From Jimgerdemannia flammicorona (Eukaryota): DNA of 52,583 bases. The position numbers and the translations under genes are program-made. The stretch is taken from the NCBI GenBank assembly GCA_003990765.1, contig RBNJ01000020.1, positions 1-52,583 on the forward strand. Direction: 5' to 3'. Below the pieces are notes generated by a model that ran no database searches, was not told the DNA's origin, and saw nothing but the letters and a program-made list of their open reading frames with translations. Positions 24,229-37,229 of this stretch are shown piece after piece (positions within the stretch are counted from its first letter, which is position 1; every line of letters begins with the position of its first letter).

Positions 24229-25326
24229 CTAGGCACTGTCTGGATAGTCTTCGATGATATTATCATCGATTGCATCATCTTTGATAAAGTGGTCATCTAG
24301 GAATAATGGTTCGCAGATTACTTCTCCTTGTTCACTGAGGTAATAGTACATTGGAACTTCATCTCCATCCCACAGGATAGCATCGTCTGTCTTGTATGCT
24401 GGATAAGGTGTTGGTGGGCGAAGGATGGGTATATTGTCTTCACTTTCATTGGATTTGCTGTCTGCATACCTTCTATAGGTTATGGCACTGTGAGTTGCGG
24501 GATTATAGTATGCTGGCAGCTATGGTTCATGTCGCTCGTACTCAGGTGGTGGAGTGGTTGATTTGATCTTGAGAGTTGTCTGAAGGTACAGATTGTGTTC
24601 TCCAGTCTCTTCATTGTAGTTGAAGTAATCGGGGGTGAATGCGGGTTGGTATTTGTGCCAATGGTCATTGTCCCAATAAGTCTCATATGTAGTTATAAAC
24701 TGTTGTAAGTTCATTGGCAAGGTTGGCAGAGTGATCAGGGTTGGCAGAGATCCTTGGCTAGAGGTCATGTCAGCATCAGAGGGATCATTGTCTTCTGCTT
24801 CATCTTCATCGAAGTGGATTATATCGTAGATGTCCTTCATGATGTATCCAACTTGGGGCATTTGCAGGATGTGATCATTGGGGTGTGGGAAGGTTCTGTC
24901 TGTGGTTTCAATATACTCAAGGTACTTCTGGTTGAGTTTTTGTATCATGTCATCAATTTGGCAGTAGGACAGGGTAGCAACCATTTCGCTGGTAGTAACT
25001 CGGAGGCGGGGAATAAAGGTGCTGTACTCGTAGAAGAGTTCTCGATGTTTGCAGGTGATGAGCTTCTGGTGTTGAGATATCTGGGTAATGTCTGTATCAT
25101 GGTGGTGTTCGACCATGTCTTCTAGGAGCCGGCCAATCTAGTAGTAGCTTGAGATTTGTCCGATTCAGTGGGCCTTGCTAAGCATGTTCAGAGCATTCCA
25201 TTGGGCTTCCACAAAGTAGAGAGGTGCTAGGCTATAGATATTCATGAGGGGTAGAGGGAGTGTAGCTCAGTTGATAATGGCATTCCAAATGTCAGCACAG
25301 ATGTGGGTATAGATCTCGGTGGTCAT
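24229..25326 (-). pseudogene. Accessory ORF (365 codons, a few transition stops) in U3 of the C 3' LTR
   Basis: MTTEIYTHICADIWNA...SSYYQIGRLLED...KHRELFYEYSTFIPRLRVTT...DDAIDDNIIEDYPDSA*. One frame; some stops are sense codons in the other LTR. Confidence 0.75.
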
Positions 25327-25796
25327 GTTTGTGTGTTTGGAAGTTGTGGTTGTTGTTTGTTTTAGTTCTCTAATTCGACACGTCTCGGTGCTCAGTATAT
25401 ATGCATTTGGTCCTGATTGGTAAGATTCCATTTGTGTAAATCTTGTATTCTGTGACTTCGTATTGACTCAGCTTTGTGTGCTGTGACTTCGGTTTGACTC
25501 AGCTTCATGATCAAACAGGTGATTTCAGTGGCTTGTTTAGAGGGTGACATGTAATTTCAGTGGCTTGGAGGTTGTGTGCTTACAACTCTCCCCTTCTTAG
25601 CTTTCGACATCCTTGTCGGGGCCTTCTAATTTTGTTCAGTGGTACAGGAAGAATAGGCTTGCTTTTAGTTTTGCCATTTCTCCAGAGGGTCAGTGTTCTT
25701 GTCTTGTTTTGCTGAGTTCTTGGTTTGGTTTGCAATGATTATAATGTTTGGGAGGATAATATATAGTATGTACGGATAGGTGCAGAATATTTGGTT

Positions 25797-28700
25797 CTAG
25801 TTGTTCAAGAAATCATATTCCTGAACTAGGTCAGTAGCATTCTGGAGATTGGTCTTGGGTTCCCAGGTTGCATCGTGGATTGGGTAACCTTTCCATTTGA
25901 CAAGGTACTCAGGGTGGTTCTTATTGCTATGTTTGTTGAGGATTTGTTCAACTTCATACTCTTCTTGGTCATTAATAATGACAGGTGCAGGTGGTTTGGT
26001 GGTCCAGTTTGGAAATAGCTCATCATTATTCTCATTATATCGCTTGAGACATTGGACATTAAAGACTGGATGAATCTTAATGGTATCTGGTAGCACCAAT
26101 TTGTAGAAGATTGGAGAGACTTATGCAATGACTTCAAATGGTCCAATGAACTTGCTGTTCAGCTTTGTAGATGGTCTGTGCTTGAGGTTGTCAACTCAGT
26201 ATCCTCTGATGTCTAGTAGAACTTTTTCTCCAATATCAAAAGTTTCTTCTTGGCAGTGTTGGTTAACATACTGTGATTGTTGTTCTTGAGCTTGTGATAA
26301 ATTCTTGATAGCAATCTGGCTTAAATTGCATATTCAGAGTAAGAATTCTTCAATGGCTTCGACTGTGGAGGGTTCTTCAGTGGTTCAGATAAGTGTCAAA
26401 GGGGTGTTTGGATTTTGTCCAGTGTTGGCGAAGAATGGAGTCATTCCAAGAGAGGCTTGCTTGCTATCGTTGTAGGCAAACTCAACTGCAGTGAGGTGTT
26501 CATGCCAGTCATTTTGTCTGTAGAAAACATAGTTCCTTAGTATTTGTTCCAGAGTTCGATTCATTCTTTCAGTTTGACCATCAGTTTCTGGGTGAAAGGC
26601 TGTGGATAGTGCAAGTTTTGTTCCAAGGTATGCATAGAGGGCTTTCTAAAAGTGGCTGGTGAATTTCAGATCTCAGTCACTAACAATGATCTTAGGGAGA
26701 CCATGATAGCAGAAGATGTTGTCAAACAAGAGTGTGGCTATGTCTGGTGCTGTTGCAGTAGTGGTAGTAGGTACAAAGTGGGCTTGTTTGCTGAGATAGT
26801 CCACAAAGACAACAATTGCATCTTTTCCATTCTTGGTTTGGAGTAGTTGTACAATAAAGTCCATAGAGATTTGTTCCCAATTTGCGGATGGTACTGGGAT
26901 AGGGTGGAGTAAGCCGGGTTTTGCTAGTGTTGAGGACTTGTTCCATTGGCAGGCATCACAGAAAGTGATGTAGGTTTTGAGCTGATCTGCCATGTGGGGC
27001 CAATAGAAGTTCTGGGAGATAACTTCATAGCATTTGTCAAATCCTAAATGTCCAGCTGTAGGGGCATTATGACATTTGAATAGGATAGTCCTTCGGAGGT
27101 CTCAGTTGTTTGGAACATACAATCTGTCCTTATAGTAGATAGCATTGTCCTTGAGTTAGTATTGATTGTACCGGGTATGCTTGTCAGCATCATCATAGTT
27201 CAGGATTTCTCAGAGTGCTTGAGCTTCCTTATCATTAGCACATGCTGTGATAATTTGTTCCATGATGGAGTTTGTAACCAAGGTAAGAGTTTAGATAATC
27301 TCTTCAATTGGCAGTCTGGAGATTGCATTGGCAACAATATTTTTCTTGCCAGGGTGGTACTGGATTTCGTAGTCAAAGTTGGTGAGGACTTTCATCCATC
27401 TGGCTTGCTTTCGGGAAAGGGTAGCCTGTGTCTTGATGTTGACTAATGACTTGTAGTCAGTCAATACAGTGAAGTGTGCTCCTTCTAGATATGTATGGTT
27501 GCCATTTGATCAGAGTGTCTACAATAGCTAGCATTTCCTTCTTGTGAGTTGTATAGTTGATTTCGGCATCATTGAACTTGCAGGAGTGATAGACCACAGG
27601 GTGTCCTTCTTGCATGAGCACTGCTCCAAGAGCTAGGTCAGAGGCATCAGTAGTGACTTCATATAATAGGGCAGGGTTTGCCGCTTGAAGTACTGGTGTG
27701 GTTATCAGGGTATCTTTCAGTACTTGAAAGGCAGTATCTTGCTCGTGTCCCCAATTTACAAGATTGTTGAAGTCTTTCTCTTATTTCATGGTCCAGGGTT
27801 GTTCTTGTTTCTTGCTGTGCTTGGTCATTTGGGTGAGGGCAGTAGCGATTTTAGCAAAGTTGGCAACAAATCACCTGTAATAGTTTGCTAATCCCAGGAA
27901 TGACTGGAGGTCTTTCAGCTTCTTCAGTCTGGGCCAATCTTTGATTGCAGAGATTTTGCTGGAGTCCACTTTGATTTCATTTAGAGTGACAATGTGTCCA
28001 AGAAATTGAATTTCTTTCAGGAGAAATTTGCACTTGCTGAGTTTTGCAAAGAGTCAGTTTTCTCGGAGTTTCAGTAGTACTAGTTCAAGGTGTTCAATAT
28101 GTTCCTCCAGGGTTTTGCTAAAGACTAGGATGTCGTCAATAAGACAATGATGAATTTGTCTAGGTATGGATGCAGAATGGTATTCATCAGTGTCTGGAAG
28201 GTTGCTGGAGCATTAGTTAAGCCAAAGGGCATAACCAGGAACTCAAAGTATCCATAGCAAGTTCAGAAAGCTGTCTTGTAGATGTCTTCTTCTTTTATGG
28301 CAATTTGCCAGTAACCATTTTGTAGGTCAAAAGAGCTCATGAATTGTGGGTTGGTAAGTCTATCGAATATTTCATTGATTCTTGGTAGTGGGCAACAGTT
28401 CTTGATGGTCTGTTCATTGAGATTACGGTAGTCAATGCACATTCATAGGTCTCTTCCTTTTTTGACAATAAAGAGGACTGGTGCACTATAGAGTGATACA
28501 CTGGGTCTGATGAATCCTTGTTCTAAGAGTTCATCAATTTCTTTCTTGAGTACATCAATTTCTCTCAGAGACATGTGGTAGATTGACTTGAAGACTGGTT
28601 TGGCATCCGGGATGGTCTTGATTGCATGGTCTACTGCTCGTTTGGGGGGTAGGCCTTTCGGGAGCTTCTTTGGAAATATGTCTCAGAATTTCTGGAGTAG

Positions 28701-30931
28701 TGGTCTGACATGGCTGTCAACTTTGGAAAAATCTTCTTCAGAGTTCTCAGGTTCTCCTTTGGATGGTCGGATGGAGATGGCGAAGAGAGGGCATTTCTTG
28801 GCCAATTTCTTGAGTTATAGCTTGTTGATGTGGGTGATCTTTGGTCCAGGTCACTAGAGTTGAGTGGGTCCTTTTCGCCTTGTAGTTTGAAGTTGTGGCA
28901 TCCTTTCTTGATAGTCAGAGAATGGTTTACCCAATCAATCATGAGGTTCTCTTGTTTTAACCATGGAGTCCCAAGGATGATTTTATTGTCAGGAAGTGGT
29001 ATGATTTGGAGGGTAACATGTACTCAGTAGTCGCCAATTTGGAAGGGTAGATTGCAGACTTCTTTGCTAATAACATGTGAGGTTCCATCAGCTATAGCAA
29101 CTGCTTGAGTTTGCTGTACTGGAGAGGTGAAGACCTTGAGTCTATTGGCTGTCTCTTCATTGATGAAGTTGCCTGAGGCACCACTGTCTATCATAATCTT
29201 GACAGGTGCTCCATTGACAAAAGCCTCAAGGGTGAGCAGTTTGTCTAATCTAATGGTGGTGATTTCAGTTGTAGGAGCCTTTCTTCTGTTGGTTCTTCTT
29301 TGAGCCAGTTCATTGACACAAGAGAAGCAATCATCAATCATTCGGAAAGAGTACATTCCAATGCCATGAGAGCATCGGCCACTTGGTATATATCTATCTT
29401 CGATCTTCTTACAGAATTGTTCTTCTTTGCTCATGGTAGGTTGGGCTGGGACTTTGTTTGATGAGCTAAATCCTTTGGATCCTCGGATGGTGGGCAGTAT
29501 TTCAGGGACTTCCTTGACTGTCAGGGTTGACTCGATTTTTTCGAATAGGATCTGGGCAATGCAGAAACCAATAGGGATCTTGAAGGGTGTCCAACTCTGG
29601 TTTCGAATGAGGACAATGATTTCACCCATATAATCTTCGTCAATGACTCCTCTTTCTACTGAGAGTCCTTTCAGTACTAGGCTGCTGCAACAGCATATTC
29701 TTCCAACATGTCCTTCAGGGATTTGGATACTGATTCCTATATATACTTATTTGACTTCTCAGTTGGAAACTGTAGCTTCTTCAGCTACATATAGGTCATA
29801 TCCAGCTGCTTTTTAACTTCCTTTGGTTGGGGCCTTAGTAGTTTGCCTTAACTTGACAAAGTCTAGTATTCTGGTGGTCAGGTTGTTGAGGTGATAAAGA
29901 GTGGTAACAGTTGCTCGTGTTGCTGTTTGGGGTTTTCTGTTAGAGCAGGCACTGGCCATGTGTCCTGTCTTTCAGCAATAGAAGTATACTCCGCTTCTTC
30001 GAAGTTCATTCCTTTCGCCTTCAGTAAGTTTCTTGAAGGTACTGGGCTGGATGGGTTCAGGATTTCTGGGTGTCCAAGAGGTGGATGTGGAGGGAGCTCG
30101 GGATGCTTCATGCTTGGGTTCTTCTTTCTTGGTCCAAGTCTTTTCCTTGTTGTTAAATTGTCTTTGGGGCAGAATTGGTCTGGCTGTTAGGATTTGCTTG
30201 ACCATGGTCTTGATTCTTGCTAGGCACCATTGTTGATGATCATAACCAACTGGGTGGCCTTGTTCTTGGATTTTTCTAGTAAGCCATTCAGGTAGTGCAT
30301 CAAATAAATGGTCTGCTCTTATACTATTTCATACTTCATCATTAGTGATATATCCTAGGCCAACAGTGTTCAGGAGTGACTCGAGTTTTGTACAGAAGGT
30401 TTCGAATTCTTCTTTGCCATATACATCGAATTTGAGGTTGCGGAGTTTTACTCGAGATTCAGCAATCATGGTTTCGCTGTGGTATTGAGCAATCATAAGT
30501 TGTTTAAGTCCAGGGGCTGCAGGATGGGCTCTGTATCCTGGGGCATTATTTGCTGCATTCTGGGCAATTACTGCAGGTCGGGTATCCCATGTGAGGGGTT
30601 TTTCAGGAAGGGTTCGCCACCATTCTTCGGCAGGTCCTCGGAAGAATGTAACAACTCAGCGGACATAGGCTGTAGTGGTAGCAAAGAGTTGTTCCAGAGT
30701 GTGGTCTTGATTGTTTGTCAGAACGCGGTCAGCAACTCACTCATTAGTCCATTGATTGGCTTCGAAGTTGGTATCAACTATACTAATGAAGCTTTGGACT
30801 TCTTGTGCAGTACCATTGAAGGTAGGTAGGCTCAGATTTTTGGTAGGTTGGGTCTGTTCAGCTAAGGCAGTAATGGTTGCTGCCATTATGGCTATCTGGG
30901 CTGTAAGGTCTAGAATCTGTTGGTTTGCCAT
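25797..30931 (-). pseudogene. Element C gag-pol: gag (CCHC) - dUTPase - PR - RT - RNase H - integrase - chromodomain
   Basis: LPTFNG; YFYC.KTGHMASAC; AAGYDL...GVIDEDYMGEI...RGSKGF (~29460-29870); [46 protein letters not shown]...YLVKWKGYPIHDATWEP. Confidence 0.93.
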
Positions 30932-32568
30932 GTTGTTTACTGGAGGTACTTGAACTGCTGGTAGTGGTATTACTGGTACTACTTGAGGTACTGGTGCAGA
31001 GTGTGATGGAGTTCTTTGGGTCTATTTAAGTTGTTGGAGTAGTAGTTGTGGATCTGAAGTGAGGGCTTGATAGATAACTGTTTGTTGCTGTGTAGGTGTA
31101 TTCTGTCCTGATAGAGGTACTTCTCCTTCGGTGGTATATCTGAGATCGAATTCACTGAGATACTCCTCCTCTTCTTTGGTTTAGTCCCCATGTAATTGGG
31201 TTTGCTCGGCGTCAAAGTAGACAGAATCAGTTGTATATCTGATTTCAGATGGGCTTAATTCAAAGTCAAGTTCAGGTTCGGTATTGGTTTCAGATTTAGG
31301 TAGGGCTGTAGCAGGGCCTGCTTCAGGTTCAGGGTCAGATAGTTGATGAAGAGTTTCTCTTGCTTCTTCTTTAAGGATATGGCGGGCCTTGCTGTTCTGG
31401 AATCGGTAATATAAGGCGGTCTTGGTCCTGGTGTGGTGAAAGTCAGTAGAGTTGAGCCACTTGGCTACAGAGACTTGGGCTTCGTGAGGAACTAAGGCTA
31501 GAAAGACTGCTGCTGGTTGTCCTAGGTCGCTCGGATTTATGGAGCTAACAAAACTCTTGTTGAGAAGAGTAAAAAAGGCTTCAATAAGACCTTCTTCGTC
31601 ATGACTTGCTGGGTGTAGTGCAAGGAGTTCAGTGAATAGGGTTTCACCTATTTGCTAGTTTAACTTGAGTACTTCTTTCTTTGAATGAAGTTTATCCCAC
31701 TTGTTGCAGGTGTGGAGGTCAAATTGCCCTTGTACATCAGGTTCAATTCTCTCCAGATTGTCAGATGGTTCGGATAAATTCCAGTTCAGAGGTTGGGCTT
31801 TATACCAACTTGTAGGAATTCGCAGAGGGGTTTGTAGCAGGGTGAGGAAGCATTTTGAAGTGGAATTGGATTGTAAACTGCTGCTACCAAGTTGTAAGAG
31901 GGTTGCTTTTTAGGGTAACCATTATGTAGTTCTAGAAAGGTTTTCTGGATATTCTGGATGTTCTGGAAGACTGTTTTCTTATGGTCAAGATCAATTTCAT
32001 ATGGAGTATGTCCTCTATGCTTATTGATTTCAAGATCAGGTTGACATCTCAACCAAAGTCCTTTTTTGGACTAGTTCTGGATATTCAGGATTCTCTGCAT
32101 TTCAAGAAGTTCAGGAAACTAAGACCAGCTTAGTTGAATTGACATATCACTGCAGACCATACCCAATTAGGAAATTTCGTGATGGGGTTAGGAGTGGGAC
32201 CTAACAGGGAGCAGATTTACTTAAGAGTGGTTTGTGGGTTATGGAATAGGTTTATTTGCTATTCATGATATTGCTATACTAGGAGTATTTGTGTGAAGGG
32301 ATATTGTGAGGAAGTATTCAAGAATGTTCTTGTATGTTTGAGTCTGAGATTCTGAGGTCTGGGGGAGGGGGTATTTATACTAGTGAGGGGCTATCTGGAC
32401 TATACTAGATATGGATGTAGCACTAAGTGCCTTACTGAGTCGGAATGCAGTCATGTAGTACAAGTATGATCTGACATGTCAAGAGATCATCTGACTGCTG
32501 AGTCAGTTCACAGTCATATCGTATAATGCTAATTTAACTATACTATGACTACTAGGCTATTTATGGGT

Positions 32569-33666
32569 CTAGGCACTGTCTGGATAGTCTTCGATGACAT
32601 CACTATTGATTGCATCATCTCTGATGAAGTAGTCGTCTAGGAATAATAGTTCGTGGATTACTTCTCCTTGTTCGCTGAGGTAATAGTACATTGGAACTTT
32701 GTCTCCATCCCACAGAATAGTATCGTCTGTCTTGTATACTGGATAAGGTATTGGTGGGCGAAGGATGGGTATATTGTCTTCACTTTCATTAGATTTGCTG
32801 TCTGCATATCTTCTATAGGTTATGGTACTGTGAGTTGCAGGGTTATAGTATGCTGGTGGCTGTGGTTCATATTGCTCATACTTGGGTGGTAGAGTGGTTG
32901 GTTCAATCTCGAGGGTTGTCTGAAGGTACAGGTTGTGTTCTCTGGTCTCTTCATTATAGTTGAAGTAATCGGGAGTGAATGTGAGTTGGTATTCGTGTCA
33001 GTGGTCATTGTTCCAATAAGTCTCATATGTAGTTATGAACTATTGTAAGTTCATTGGCAAGATTGGCAGAGTGATCAGAATTGGCAGAGATCCTTGGCTA
33101 GAGGTCATGTTGATATCAGAGGGATCATTGTCTTCTGCTTCATCTTCATCAAAGTAGATTATATCATAGATGTCCTTCATGGCATATCCAACTTGGGGCA
33201 TTTGCAGGATGTGATCATTGGGGTGTGGGAAGATTCTGTCTGTGGTTTCGACATACTCAAGATACTTCTGGTTGAGTTCTTGTATCATGTCATCAATTTG
33301 GCTGTAGGACAGAGTAGCAACCATTTCGCTGGTAGTAACTTGGAGGCAGGAAATAAAGGTGCTGTACTCGTAGAAGAGTTCTCGATGTTTGCGGGCGATG
33401 AGCTTCTGGTGTTGGGACATCTGGATAATATCTGTATCATAGTGGTGTTTGACCATGTCTTCTAGGAGCCAGCTGATCTGGTAGTAGCTTGAGATTTGTC
33501 CGATTCAGTGGGCCTCACTAAGTATATTCAGAGCATTCCATCAGGCTTCCACAAAGTAGAGGGGTGCTAGGCTATGGATATTCATGAGGGGCAGAGGGGG
33601 TGTGGCTCAGTTGACAATGGCATTCCAAATATCAGTGCAGATACAGATATAGATCTTGGTGGTCAT
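32569..33666 (-). pseudogene. Accessory ORF copy in the C 5' LTR
   Basis: Same frame as 24229-25326, offset 8340 bp; includes ORF 33040-33456. Confidence 0.75.
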
Positions 33667-34689
33667 GTTTGTGTATTTGGAAGTTATGGTTGTTGTTTGT
33701 TTTAGTTCTCTGATTCGACACATCTTGGTGCTCGGTATATGTGTATTTGGTCCTGATTAGTAAGATTCTGTTTGTGTAAACCTTGTGTTCTGTAACTTCG
33801 TATTGACTCAGCTTTGTGTGCTGTGACTTCGGTTTGACTCAGCTTCATGATCAAACAGGTGATTTCAGTGGCTTGTTCAGAGGGTGACGTGTAATTTCAG
33901 TGGCTTGGAGGTTGTGCGCTTACATAGCTAGTTATAGAACCTTTGGAATATTATAGAATTCTATTAGTCATTTTTGCTGAGAATCTATTTCTTGGCTTTT
34001 CTCTTCTTTTCTAAGATCCTTCTGGATCTTTCTTCCAGATCTTATATAAATATCCTTATTCTCTGCTTAAATAAAGATCAGAATATTTTCTCTCAGAATT
34101 TCTTTGAGAATACTTGAACCTACAAGTATCTCTTTGAGCTACTTTAGGCTCACCAGAATTATCAGTCTTAGCTACTTCCTCTTAAAGAAACTAGAACTAT
34201 TATACTTAGTAGCAGTGATATCATTGTATCTTGTCTTATTAAGAAATCTTACATGAATTCAGAAATTAGTCACAACTAGTTACATAAGCTCAAAATGAAC
34301 TATGAAAAACTAGTTTATCATTTAGACCTCTCTGTTATAGAAGAAGCAGATAGTATAGAACTACAAGTCAATCTGAAGAAAATAATTACCACTATGGCCT
34401 ATCAAATTTGACAACTTTAAGTATGAATAAACTATTAAAAAACAAAGACCATAGCTATATTATATCCTATTGCTATACTAGTTAGCTTTAAATTACTTAA
34501 GCCAGATATCTTTAATGATCACTGAGGAGGACTGACCACAGATGTATGGATCTTTCAGTTGAACTCACAAGAATAGAAGAAGACATATAAGTCCAATTCA
34601 CTACTATTGCTCTGAACAAATGGAGTTGATTGGATGATATTTGATTCAGATTCATCATGTGATGGATTTGAATCAACTCAGATTGGTCT

Positions 34690-34795
34690 TGTGATCTGAT
34701 CCAGATTGATCCATCTAGATTGATCTATCTAGATTGATCTATCCAGATTGATCCATCTGGATTGATCCATCTGGATTGATCCATCTGGATTGAAA
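34690..34795. repeat. hAT subterminal 14-bp repeats (GATTGATCCATCTG)
   Basis: About 6 tandem copies; mirrored at ~50510-50590. Confidence 0.8.
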
Positions 34796-34930
34796 TCTTT
34801 GGTGACATCATCCTTTCTTTTATTTATTTTACTCTTATTTTTTTTTCCTGTTGCACTTTGGTGACATCACCCTTTCCTTTTGTTCCCTCTCTTTTCTTTA
34901 TTCTTTTTCTTTGTTCTTTCCTACCATATC

Positions 34931-36997
34931 ATGAGCAAACAAAACAGCAGCTCTTAATTTGTATGTTGGTCTAGTCTACTCATTTTTTATCCTGCAATAA
35001 TCATCAAAAGAGAGAGTATTTGAGGTAGAAATACACTCTCTGCTGACAATGTTAGATTTTTTCTCATATGGGCAATATACAAGCTGCTCATTGAGAGCCA
35101 AAGAGGTGACAGCAGTGGTGATGGTGATGGTAATAGTGATAGTAATGGTGATGGTAGGGATGAGGGTGAATTCTGGCAACAACTTATGGTGGTCCTTCAG
35201 ACCTCAGAATTTACAGACCTCACAGCTATATATGTAGCAGCCTTTTTGAAGCAGCCAGTAGTAGATATAGGTTACTCTTTTCTGCCACTACTTTTTACTT
35301 ATTTAAATTTCCCCAGTATGACCTGATTCACCTTATACTCTTCTTAGGGTCCACAGCTCTATGGCAAGATCTGCTGACTTTATTCACAATATCTAGTTAA
35401 GATGAAGAAAGGTTGAAGGATGTTGTGGGGCATACCTTTGGTGGCTGAACTGTTGAGTCAATGTATCACATAGCAGAGATCTCAAAAGGAACAAAAGCAA
35501 GCCTTTATGAGCAATCTTGTACAACTCATGCAACTCATTGGCATATAACTCATCAGTATACAGCTCACTCACTCATACTCTTTTTCTGAAATATCCATCA
35601 CTATATTTTATTTAATTTCATTTTTTATGTGGTCTCTCCCTAAAAAATACCCACACCTATATACAACCTGCTTGTATGCAACTCATCTACACATAACCCA
35701 TCTGCATGCAACCTGTCCATATACAACCCATCTACATACTTATCTTAGTCCCTCAGATCAGAGCTCAGTTCTATTGGAAAGGAGAGTTCAAAGTTATCCA
35801 AGTTTAATCACATCTGGCATCTGATCAAATAGAGAAATTTGAGGGCAAGATGTTCAGCATGAGCAGTACCAGCATTGTTATCAAGGCTTGGGAGTCTATA
35901 TTCAAATCAGAGCCAATCATTCTTGACCAAGAGGTCCATTGGTCAGCAGGAGTAACCAATGACAGAGAGAACCATATCTTTATTAACAAATACAAAGAGG
36001 TAGTTGTGATGGTGATAAGGAACCTCTATAGTAATAAGCTTCGCTGCCATATCAATGAGATTTGCGAGAATTGTGTCAAATATCAGATGGCAGGAAGAGG
36101 GGGCGAAAAAAGCAAGGAGGGGGGGTTTGGATGGAAATTGGGTATACTTCAATACTGGCAAAGGGTGGGTTCTGGAGTTCTGAAATCCCCCGCACTCATC
36201 TCTCTTTTTTTTTTTTCTCTTCCCTAGATAAATCACACTCTTTACTGATATACTCTTTTTGATACAATTCCAGAGATACATAAGATTCTGTATCTCTACT
36301 GGAACTTTAGAAGTGCTGTTGAAGAGCAAACTGCATGCAAGCATGACATGGCCTGTATGGTGATGGCGGCTATGATCTGGGGTTCTTTGAGCAGATTGGT
36401 AGAGCATATGGCAGGTCAGCTTGGTAGTGATCTCAGTATGGCTGTACATATATTCTTGGTGCAATTTAGTATACTGTATGAGGTGAAAAGCTTTACTTTT
36501 TTGGGGTGCTGCAGCCTGGGGGGTTTCTGTGGCCCAAGGGGTTTCTGTGGCCCAGGGGGTTTCTGTCCCCCTACATGTAAAAAGGACTGACCAGTTGCCA
36601 TCCATTTTGGCAGGTTTCCAAGCCAGAGCTCCTGGGGCTGAACCAAGGGCAAGCATCCACCAGCACAGCCTGGTAGTATGAGGTTCTGGACCAAGGGTTC
36701 ACCCAACTGTATACTTGTATCACATTAGGATATGTTGGGTGCAATATTTCTCTGCCCATACACACAGACAACAATGTCACCCCAGTAATGTTTTATATCC
36801 TGGAAAGGAAGGGCCCAACCTGGGAAGATAGTGGAGGAGTCTGGTACAACCTCACCTATAGTTTTGGGGTCCTGTTTGTGGCCAACATGGCCATCCTCTT
36901 CCAATCACATGACCATCACGACACTGTCACCTTTGAGAAGAGCTTGGATATAACAGTCATCATACTCACAACAGATAATAGACTCATCAAGCCCTGA
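34931..36997 (+). pseudogene. Spliced hAT passenger gene; last exon TET/JBP-like 2OG-Fe(II) dioxygenase
   Basis: About 5 exons with G(T/C)-AG introns (approx. 34931-35267, 35318-35496, 35757-36141, 36228-36482, 36614-36997). The last exon reads ...GCNISLPIHTDNN...SGGVWYNLTYSFGVLFVANMAILFQSHDHHDT, with HxD at 36761-36769 and a distal His at 36917-36919. Confidence 0.6.
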
Positions 36998-37229
36998 GAC
37001 TGGTGAGTAGAGCAGTTTTTGTGAGAGTTAGGCAATCTTTCATGAGAGGTAGGCAGTCTTTCATAAGGGTTAGGTAGTTATTTTGTGTAAGTTGAGCAGT
37101 CTTATGTGGGGGGTTGGGCCAGGTACTTCTTCTGTAGCACTATCTTAGCTGTTATGCAGGGCCCTACTAGCCCCTTGGCCCATGGGACCCAAACTGGTGA
37201 TGGGGCCTAAATCTGTAGTAGACTTCGAC

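Larger units (their letters stand above)
23553..33924 (-). mobile_element. Ty3/Gypsy chromovirus C, structurally complete, 2032-bp LTRs
   Basis: LTRs at 23553-25584 and 31893-33924 (TGTAAG...CTTACA). Perfect TSD TAGCT. PBS TGGTAGCAGCAG (reverse of ~31877-31889). PPT complement ACTCTCCCCTTCTT at 25585-25598. Confidence 0.96.

Noticed and set aside
24229-25326. Envelope gene in element C
   Set aside because: No signal peptide or transmembrane segment is visible, and the ORF lies inside the LTR.
35943-36656. 237-aa minus-strand ORF in hAT copy 1
   Set aside because: It is antisense to the spliced passenger gene, crosses its introns and is not preserved in copy 2.
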